35,727 bases of DNA from Callorhinchus milii (Eukaryota): positions 1 to 35,727 of the forward strand of contig NW_024705541.1 in NCBI RefSeq assembly GCF_018977255.1, written 5' to 3'. Below, piece after piece: positions 25,720 to 35,727 of this stretch. Numbering within the stretch: the first letter of the stretch is position 1; every line of letters starts with the position of its first letter. Both the position numbers and the translations under genes were made by a program. The notes below the pieces were generated by a model that did not search any database, was not told the DNA's origin, and was given only the letters and a program-made list of their open reading frames with translations.

Positions 25720-26198
25720 AAGCCCTAATAAAACTACTACTTTTACGTTAGAGCGCTTCTAATAATCTTCCTCACCTATGCCTCTATGGCATAGGTATAT
25801 ATAATGACATAGGTATATGCTCTATGGCATAGGTATATATAATGACATAGGTATATGCCTCTATGGCATAGGTATATATAATGACATAGGTACCTACTCC
25901 TCCAAATATCATTACAACTCATTGCATAGGCTTATCCCAGGCTAAGGTACTCTTTTTATCACTCTTGGCATACAACTGCTAAGCTCGATTTCCCGAAGGG
26001 TATACAAGTATGTTTCACTGATAGCTCACATCCATCCAGGCATAGGGCATATATGATATACCTTTCCCAGCCTCAATAATCTCTCGTTCCCGCGGCTTCA
26101 CGACAACCCCCTTACCCCTTTGACCCCAAAGTTCATTGCTGCCGTCAACCCCCTTAGGAACCGGCGAACTTTTGGTCATTTTTACCTTAACTTATAAA
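25720..26198. promoter_or_regulatory. Non-coding region NC1 (control region), copy 2
   Basis: Repeat of 9493-9973. Confidence 0.88.
25777..25892 (+). repeat. Three tandem 39-nt repeats, copy 2 (second unit lacks one C)
   Basis: Same unit as 9550-9666. Confidence 0.93.
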
Positions 26199-26269
26199 GC
26201 TTTGATAGCTAAATATAAAGCACTGGTCTTGTAAACCAGCGAATGAAGATGTAACCTCTTCTTAAAGCA
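26199..26269 (+). tRNA. trnT: tRNA-Thr, copy 2
   Basis: Repeat of 9974-10044. Confidence 0.9.
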
Positions 26270-26270
26270 G

Positions 26271-26341
26271 CATTCTCATTAAGACTTTAACTTAAACCAG
26301 CGACTTGAAAAACCACCGTTGTAGAATTCAACTATAAGAAC
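26271..26341 (-). tRNA. trnE: tRNA-Glu, copy 2
   Basis: Repeat of 10046-10116. Confidence 0.88.
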
Positions 26342-26565
26342 TAGCAATCACAAATTTTTAATTGTAATTTTAAATTTCTTTTAATTGTAATTTTAAAATT
26401 TCTTTTTTAATTGTAATTTTAAAATTTCTTTTTTAATTGTAATTTTAAAATTTCTTTTTTAATTGTAATTTTAAAATTTCTTTTTTAATTGTAATTTTAA
26501 AATTTTTTTTTTAATTGTAATTTTAAAATTTTTTTTTTAATTGTAATTTTAAAATGTTATCTATT
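26342..26565. repeat. NC2 AT-rich 26-nt tandem repeat, copy 2
   Basis: aattgtaat cores at 26360, 26383, 26409, 26435, 26461, 26487, 26513, 26539. Confidence 0.93.
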
Positions 26566-27756
26566 ATGTCCCACCCACCAAATATTATTCGAAAAACCCA
26601 CCCACTCCTATCGCTAGGTAATAGCATGTTAGTTGATCTTCCTTCTCCTGCTAACATCTCAGCCTGATGAAATTTTGGTTCACTATTGAGCCTGTGTTTA
26701 ATCTTACAAATTATTACAGGGCTAATTCTTGCAATACACTATACTGCTAACACTGAACTAGCCTTCTCTTCAGTTATACACATCTGTCGTGATGTTAACA
26801 ACGGATGGCTTATACGAAATCTTCATGCCAACGGCGCCTCTATGTTCTTTATTTGTATTTATGCTCACATCGGGCGAGGAATCTACTACGGCTCTTATTT
26901 ATATAAAGAAACATGAAATGTTGGAGTCATTTTATTTGCATTAACTGCAGCTACTGCTTTCGTTGGTTATGTACTCCCATGAGGACAAATATCCTTCTGA
27001 GGGGCAACCGTTATTACAAATTTAATTTCAGCAGTGCCTTATGTAGGAGATGATATTGTAGTATGATTATGAGGGGGCTTCTCAGTATCAAACGCCACCT
27101 TAACCCGGTTTTTTACCTTTCATTTTATTTTGCCATTTATTTTAGCAGCAATAACTATAATTCATATCATATTCCTTCATCAAACAGGGTCTAGTAACCC
27201 ACTAGGAATTAACTCTAATTTGGATAAAATTCAATTTCACCCTTACTTCTCTTTCAAAGACATTTTAGGCTTTGTTATTTTACTCGGGGTTCTTTTTATA
27301 ATCTCCCTTTTAGCCCCCAATGCATTAGGTGAACCAGACAATTTTATTTACGCCAATCCTCTTAGTACTCCACCTCATATTAAACCAGAGTGATACTTCC
27401 TGTTTGCCTATGCGATTCTACGCTCTATTCCTAATAAATTAGGAGGAGTTGTAGCTTTAGCAGCAGCCATCATAATCCTCCTGGTCATTCCCTTTACCCA
27501 CACCTCTAAACAACGAGGCATCCAATTTCGTCCGCTTGCCCAAGTTACATTTTGAATTCTAATTGCTGATCTAGCGTTACTCACTTGACTAGGGGGAGAG
27601 CCAGCTGAGTACCCATTTATTTTAATAACACAAATTGCATCAACAGTATACTTTATAATTTTTATTTTAATCTTCCCAATTTTAGGCCGCCTAGAAGACA
27701 AGTTAATTATCATTTCAAAACACCCAGGTAAATTCAACTGAAATTTAATATACAGA
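26566..27756 (+). CDS. CYTB: Cytochrome b, copy 2
   Basis: Repeat of 10344-11534; 1191 nt. Confidence 0.97.
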
Positions 27757-27760
27757 TTTC

Positions 27761-27830
27761 TCAAAGGAAGGGATTAAAACCCCTGTATCTAGCTCCCAAA
27801 GCTAGTATCTTAATATTAAATTATCCTCTG
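27761..27830 (-). tRNA. trnP: tRNA-Pro, copy 2
   Basis: Repeat of 11539-11609 (one G fewer). Confidence 0.87.
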
Positions 27831-27840
27831 ATTTTTAAAC

Positions 27841-27907
27841 GTCAAGAGTAGCTTAACATTAAAGCAGAGCACTGAAGCTGCTCAGATGGTTTTAGAACCC
27901 CTTGACA
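27841..27907 (+). tRNA. trnF: tRNA-Phe, copy 2
   Basis: Repeat of 11620-11686. Confidence 0.87.
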
Positions 27908-28809
27908 CAAAGGATTAGTTCCAGCCTTAATATCAACTACATATGAAATTACACATGCAAGTTTCCGCACCCCCGTGAGGACCTCCTTTAACTATGAACA
28001 TACAAAAGAGATGGTATCAGGCTCACAACAAGTTAGCCCACAACACCTAGCCACCCACACCCTCAAGGGTACTCAGCAGTGATAAACCTTAAGCTATGGA
28101 CGCAAGCCCGACTAAGTTACATATTTTAGAGCTGGTAAACCTCGTGCCAGCCACCGCGGTTATACGAGGAGCTCAAGCTGATATTCTTCGGCACAAAGCG
28201 TGATTAAAATAATAGCTTAATTAATACTATAGAAGCCATCATGCCTGCTAGTTGAATAGGTATGCTTAAATATCTCAACATCGAAAGAATCTATATTAAT
28301 AAACTCACTTTGACATCACGAAAGCAAAACTCACAAACCGGGATTAGATACCCCGCTATGCCTGCCATAAATAAACTACCGTCGCCAGGGCACTACGAAC
28401 AATCGTTTAAAACCCAAAGAACTTGACGGCACCCTAAACCCACCTAGAGGAGCCTGTCCTATAACCCGATACCCCACGTTTTAACCCCACCGCCTCTCGC
28501 CCCAGTCTATATACCGCCGTCGCCAGCCAACCTTATAAAAGAATAACCGTAGGCAAAGAAGCTACTTATGCAAATACGTCAGGTCGAGGTGCAGCCTATG
28601 AGGCAGGCAGAGATGGGCTACACTCTCTCCCCAGAGTATACGAATAACTTAATGAAATAATTTTGAAGGTGGATTTAGCAGTAAACAAGAATAGTTTGTC
28701 TAGTTGAAGTTGGCCACTAGGGTGCGTACACACCGCCCGTCACTCTCCCCCACCCCTCCCGGAGAAAAGTCGTAACATGGTAAGCGTACCGGAAGGTGCG
28801 CTTGGAAAA
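27908..28809 (+). rRNA. rrnS: 12S rRNA, copy 2
   Basis: Repeat of 11687-12589. Confidence 0.96.
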
Positions 28810-28880
28810 CAGAGGATAGCTTAAAAGTTAAGCATTTCCCTTACACCGAAAATATTCTTGTGCGATTCAAGATCTTCTGA
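28810..28880 (+). tRNA. trnV: tRNA-Val, copy 2
   Basis: Repeat of 12590-12660. Confidence 0.87.
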
Positions 28881-30496
28881 TTACCGATTTTAATATATTT
28901 ATCTAACAACTTTTAATTTATGATTATTAAACAACTTAACATATTTTACAGCAAACCATTGCCCCCGTTTTAGTATAGGTGATAGAAAAATAAAACACAT
29001 ATAGTACCGCAAGGGAACATTGAAAAAGTAGTGAAACAGATCAATTAAGTAAAACAAAGCAAAGATAAAATCTTGTACCTTTTGCATCATGGCTTAGCAA
29101 GTAACCCCGAAAATACTGCCGCCACCCCGAAACTAGACGAGCTACCCTGGGATTACCTATAAGGGTTAATCCGTATCTGTGGCAAAAGATTGGAAAAAGC
29201 CCTGGGTAGAGGTGATAAACCTACCGAGCCTAGTGATAGCTGGTTACTTAAGAAACAAGTTTAAGCTTGATCTTAATTTGTAGATAAGCAACAAAATTAC
29301 TTATAAATTTAAACATCTTACTCCTCTACATTTTAAGTTTTATTCACTAGGGGTACAGCCCTAGTGAACAGAGATACAGCTCTATTAATTAGATAATATC
29401 CCACTTATAAACTTAAGTAGGCCTAAAAGCAGCCACCAAAAAGAAAAGCGTTACAGCTTAAGTTTACTAAACTTTAAATACCATAATACATAAAGACCCT
29501 ATAGCCACTATTAAGTAATCCTATATTATAGGAGATATCCTGCTAAGATTAGTAATTTGAGGTCGCACCCCTCTAAATGTAAGTGTAAGCCAGATCGGAC
29601 TAACCACTGGAAATTAACGGCCCTTAAAACAACAGGAAGTCAGCAAAGTAGCCACCGACAGGAAAAACAAGAACTAATAACCGTTAACCCTACACTGGAA
29701 CATAATATAGAAGATATAAAGGATGAGAAGGAACTCGGCAAACACATGCCTCGCCTGTTTACCAAAAACATCACCTCCAGATAAGAATCACCTATTGGAG
29801 GCAAGACCTGCCCAATGATTAATATTGAATGGCCGCGGTACTTTGACCGTGTAAAAGTAGCGTAATCACTTGTCTTGTAAATTAAGACTGGAATGAAAGG
29901 TTACACGAGGGCATAACTGTCTCCCTTCTTCTATCAATGAAATTGACCTACCCGTGCAAAGGCGGGTATAAACCCATAAGACGAGAAGACCCTGTGGAGC
30001 TTCCAAACATTTACATCGCATAATCATTATTCACGATGCACAGTTTTAGGTTGGGGCAACCACGGAACAAAAGTAATATCCACGACGACGAAAATACAAT
30101 TTTCTTAACCTAGAGTTACAACTCTAAGCACTAGTAAAACTAACGTTAATAGACCCAGCATCACTTGCTGCCTAACGAAACAAGTTACCCCAGGGATAAC
30201 AGCGCAATCCTTTCCACGAGCCCGAATCAACGAAAGGGTTTACGACCTCGATGTTGGATCGGGGCACCCCAATGGCGCAAAAGCTATTAAAGGTTCGTTT
30301 GTTCAACGATTAAAGCCCCACGTGATCTGAGTTCAGACCGGAGTAATCCAGGTCAGTTTCTATCTATGTTTGCTGCTTCCCTAGTACGAAAGGACCGGCG
30401 AAGCAAGGGTCAATACACTCATGCAAACCCTGCATCAATCTTATGAGACCAACTTAATAAGAATAGTAAGCAACAAAATAACAACTAGACAAGTTT
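28881..30496 (+). rRNA. rrnL: 16S rRNA, copy 2 (apparently the native lamprey version)
   Basis: Same universal motifs as copy 1; differs from it in clustered patches. Confidence 0.96.
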
Positions 30497-30570
30497 ATTT
30501 GGATGGCAGAGTTCAGTAATTGCACAAGGTTTAAGCCCTTATACCAGGGGTGCAAATCCCCTTCCAAATA
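30497..30570 (+). tRNA. trnL: tRNA-Leu(UUR), copy 2
   Basis: Repeat of 14278-14351. Confidence 0.89.
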
Positions 30571-30574
30571 AATC

Positions 30575-31540
30575 ATGCTAGTTATATTAATATCCTCTTT
30601 AATTTTAGTTTTAATAGTTCTACTTGCAGTAGCATTTCTCACAATAGTCGAACGAAAAACCCTAGGTTACATACAACTTCGCAAGGGACCAAATGTTGTA
30701 GGATTTATAGGACTTTTACAACCTATTGCAGACGGAGTAAAATTATTTCTAAAAGAACCCGTATGACCTATCGCAGCCTCCCCAGCCTTATTTATCGCAG
30801 CCCCTATTATAGCGCTAACCTTAGCTCTATCACTCTGAATATTTATCCCCATACCACAATCAATTTCCACTATTAATCTTACTCTTCTTGTAATCCTAGC
30901 AATTTCAAGTTTATCAGTTTATGCCACCCTTGGCTCAGGTTGAGCCTCTAACTCAAAATATGCACTAATCGGAGCACTTCGGGCGGTAGCCCAAACCATC
31001 TCCTACGAAGTAAGTCTAGGCTTAATTCTATTATGTCTAATTATTTTAACAGGAGGGTTCTCTCTTCAAGCCTTTATCTATACGCAAGAACACACCTGGT
31101 TCCTGCTCTCAAGCTGGCCGCTAGCAGCTATATGATTTGTTTCTACTTTAGCAGAAACAAACCGAACCCCATTTGACTTAACTGAGGGGGAATCAGAACT
31201 TGTCTCTGGCTTCAATGTAGAATATGCTGGAGGTCCATTCGCTTTATTTTTTCTAGCTGAATACTCTAATATCTTATTTATAAATACCCTTACAGCAATT
31301 ATATTCCTAGGGCCTCTTGGATCAAGTAACTTAAATATTTTACCCATTATTAATGTAATAATAAAAGCTACCCCGCTCATTATCTTGTTCTTATGAATCC
31401 GAGCCTCATACCCACGATTCCGGTATGATCAGCTAATACATCTTATATGAAAAAATTTCTTACCCCTTAACCTAGCCCTTTTTACTCTTCAATTATCCCT
31501 CGCTGTATCGTTTGGAGGAGTAGGAGTCCCTCAAATATAA
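30575..31540 (+). CDS. ND1: NADH dehydrogenase subunit 1, copy 2 (intact)
   Basis: 966 nt from ATG to TAA. Confidence 0.96.
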
Positions 31541-31568
31541 ACACTAATAATAAACTGAGTTTAACAGT

Positions 31569-31637
31569 GGAAGTATGTCCGAAAATAGGAACCACTTTGA
31601 TAGAGTGGCTACAGGGGATATTACCCCCTTTCTTCCT
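31569..31637 (+). tRNA. trnI: tRNA-Ile, copy 2
   Basis: Repeat of 15347-15415. Confidence 0.9.
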
Positions 31638-31639
31638 CA

Positions 31640-31710
31640 TTAGCATGAAAGGATTCGAACCTTAATCTGAGAGACCAAAACCCTCCGTGTTTCCATTACA
31701 CCACATCCTA
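31640..31710 (-). tRNA. trnQ: tRNA-Gln, copy 2
   Basis: Repeat of 15418-15488. Confidence 0.86.
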
Positions 31711-31778
31711 AGTAAGATAAGCTAAATAAAGCTTTTGGGCCCATACCCCAAATATGATGTTACTAACATCTCTTACTA
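31711..31778 (+). tRNA. trnM: tRNA-Met, copy 2
   Basis: Repeat of 15489-15556. Confidence 0.9.
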
Positions 31779-31779
31779 T

Positions 31780-32823
31780 ATGCTATCCCCCTTAATTCAA
31801 TCTACCCTACTAATAACCCTAGGTCTTGGCACACTTGTGACATTCTCAAGCACCAGCTGAATTCTAGCTTGAATCGGATTAGAAATTAATACAATTGCTA
31901 TCATCCCATTGATAGCTAAAACACACCACCCACGTTCAATTGAAGCAACTACTAAATACTTCATTGCTCAAAGTGCAGGCTCTGCCACACTTCTTATTAC
32001 TGCCTGTTTAGCCGCTTGACACTCAGGAAATTGAGCAATCAGTCCATCAAGCGACCCAATTATCCTTAACGCCATAACTCTTGCTCTTATACTTAAGCTA
32101 GGTATAGCTCCAATACACTTCTGACTTCCAGAAGTAATAGCAGGCCTAGACCTTACTACAGGCATAATCTTAGCAACTTGACAAAAATTAGCCCCAATCA
32201 CCCTCCTTATTCAAATTGCACAAGATCAAAATAATGCATTTATTCTTGGCCCAGCTTTACTATCAGTATTTATTGGGGGATGGGGAGGCCTAAACCAAAC
32301 TCAAACACGAAAAATTATGGCCTATTCATCAATCGCACATATAGGCTGAATTGCTAGCATGGCCCCCTTTAACCCCACAATCACTTGAGTCACAACCCTA
32401 ATCTACTGTTTACTTACAAGCACTACATTTATTAGTCTCAACACCTTAAAAGCTAATAAAATTACAGCACTTACCATAAATAAACACAATCAAATCTCTC
32501 AAATACTTTTATTGCTTCTTCTGTTATCTCTAGGCGGGCTACCCCCACTAACAGGGTTTACTAATAAACTTCTAGCATCAATTGAACTAGCCAACCAAAA
32601 CCTTGCCATTTACTTATTCATAATAATAATAGGCTCATTACTAAGTCTATTTTTTTATACTCGAATATGCTATCTATCAATCATTTTATCGCCCCCATGT
32701 CCAACAACAAATCTTATTCTTTGGCGTATAACCCAAAATAAGCCTATAACTATCCTGACTATATTATCAACTAATCTATTTATTTTAACACCTCAATTAA
32801 TGGCAATCTTTATTATACACTAG
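31780..32823 (+). CDS. ND2: NADH dehydrogenase subunit 2, last copy
   Basis: Repeat of 15558-16601; 1044 nt. Confidence 0.96.
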
Positions 32824-32889
32824 AAATTTAAGTTATATAGACTCTAAGCCTTCAAAGCTTACAGTAAGGGAGACTACCCTTAATTTCTG
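32822..32889 (+). tRNA. trnW: tRNA-Trp, copy 3
   Basis: Repeat of 376-443. Confidence 0.9.
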
Positions 32890-32891
32890 AC

Positions 32892-32960
32892 TAAAATTTG
32901 CAAGATATACTCACATCTTCTGAACGCAAATCAGATGCTTTATATTAAGCTAAAATTTTT
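32892..32960 (-). tRNA. trnA: tRNA-Ala, copy 3
   Basis: Repeat of 446-514. Confidence 0.88.
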
Positions 32961-32961
32961 A

Positions 32962-33030
32962 CTAGACCAGCAAGTGTTATCCTTACAACCTCTTAGTTAA
33001 CAGCTAAGTGCTAATTTTAGCTTTGATCTA
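32962..33030 (-). tRNA. trnN: tRNA-Asn, copy 3
   Basis: Repeat of 16740-16808. Confidence 0.88.
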
Positions 33031-33031
33031 T

Positions 33032-33098
33032 AGGCCCCAACAGGATTTCCTTCTGTATCTTCAGATTTGCAATCTAATGTGAACTTCACCACAGGGCC
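33032..33098 (-). tRNA. trnC: tRNA-Cys, copy 3
   Basis: Repeat of 586-652. Confidence 0.88.
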
Positions 33099-33103
33099 AA
33101 TAT

Positions 33104-33174
33104 TGGCAGGAAGAGAAATCAAATCTCTGTAAGCGGGTCTACAGCCCACCGCCTAAACATTCGGCCATCCTACC
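33104..33174 (-). tRNA. trnY: tRNA-Tyr, copy 3
   Basis: Repeat of 658-728. Confidence 0.88.
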
Positions 33175-33175
33175 A

Positions 33176-34718
<1,543 letters not shown>

Positions 34719-34728
<10 letters not shown>

Positions 34729-34790
34729 GGGATTCGAACCCCCCTACGCTGGTTTCAAGCCAGATGCATAACCATATCTGCCACTTTCTT
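34719..34790 (-). tRNA. trnS: tRNA-Ser(UCN), copy 3
   Basis: Repeat of 18497-18568. Confidence 0.88.
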
Positions 34791-34855
34791 AAGATACTAG
34801 TAAAATTATTACACTACCTTGCAAGTAAATTATGAGCCTGATACTCATGTATCTG
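34791..34855 (+). tRNA. trnD: tRNA-Asp, copy 3 (error-ridden; anticodon disrupted)
   Basis: ccttgcaagtaaat versus ccttgtcaaggtaatat in copies 1 and 2. Confidence 0.75.
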
Positions 34856-34858
34856 CTT

Positions 34859-35554
34859 ATGGCACAGCAAGCTCAACTAGGACTTCAAGATGCAGCCTCC
34901 CCTATTATAGAAGAACTCATTCATTTTCATGATCATACTCTAACAGTTGTATTCTTAATTAGTGTACTAATTTTTTTCTTATTATTTTAATGGTTTCCAC
35001 CCGATTTACAAATAAACACTCCCTCGACTCTCAAGAAGTAGAAATTGTATGAACAGTTATACCAGCCATTGTTCTTATTATAATTGCTCTTCCGTCCCTG
35101 CGTATTCTTTATCTCACCGATGAGATCAGTGACCCACATTTAACCATTAAAGCAGTTGGACACCAATGATACTGATCCTATGAATACACTGATTATAATC
35201 AGATAGAATTCGACTCTTATATGACACCAACCAATGAACTAGAGCCAGGAGGAATCCGTCTTCTGGACGTAGACCATCGCATCGTAGTGCCAATAGAATC
35301 CCCTATTCGCATGTTAATTACATCAGAAGATGTAATCCACTCATGAACGATCCCGTCTTTGGGTACTAAAGTAGATGCAGTCCCAGGCCGATTAAATCAA
35401 GCAACATTCATTACAATTCGACCAGGCCTATATTTTGGTCAATGCTCAGAAATCTGCGGTGCAAATCATAGTTTTATGCCAATCGCACTAGAAGCTGTCC
35501 CTATCATATTTCGAACATTGAACAAGTTGATCTAATGATATCTTAATCTCTTAA
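34859..35554 (+). CDS. COX2: Cytochrome c oxidase subunit II, copy 3 (1-nt deletion near 34977, 2-nt deletion near 35501)
   Basis: Repeat of 2414-3112; 696 nt. Confidence 0.93.
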
Positions 35555-35566
35555 TATATATACTGT

Positions 35567-35633
35567 CACTAAGAAGCTAACTTAGCATCAGCCTTTTAAG
35601 CTGAAGATGGGTGAATATATTTTCCCTTAGTGA
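35567..35633 (+). tRNA. trnK: tRNA-Lys, copy 3
   Basis: Repeat of 3125-3191. Confidence 0.9.
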
Positions 35634-35634
35634 T

Positions 35635-35727
35635 ATGCCACAACTTGAGCCTGCTCCTTGATTTTCTATACTTACAGTATCATGATTAATTATTTTACTA
35701 CTAATTATGCCAACTATTATATTTTAC
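35635..35727 (+). CDS. ATP8: ATP synthase F0 subunit 8, copy 3 (partial, runs off window)
   Basis: MPQLEPAPWFSMLTVSW start. Confidence 0.92.

Overview
The window is about 2.2 head-to-tail copies (period about 16,222-16,228 nt) of a lamprey (Petromyzontidae-type) mitochondrial genome, running from the 3' end of ND2 through two full circles to the 5' part of ATP8. Read with the vertebrate mitochondrial code (the supplied ORF track is fragmented because it stops at TGA=Trp), each unit has 13 protein genes, 22 tRNAs and 2 rRNAs. It shows the lamprey order ND6-NC1-trnT-trnE-NC2-CYTB-trnP-trnF-12S and has no OL hairpin in the WANCY cluster. Outside COX1, 16S and the NC2 repeat, the copies differ only by homopolymer indels and a few substitutions. 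COX1 (three copies) and 16S rRNA (two copies) are patchwork chimeras of lamprey-type and jawed-vertebrate-type sequence, and one COX1 patch looks human. The most likely explanation is an over-circularised long-read assembly polished with mixed-species reads. I found no supportable previously undescribed biological system. The strongest signal is the COX1/16S mosaicism, which should be treated as an artefact until raw reads show otherwise.
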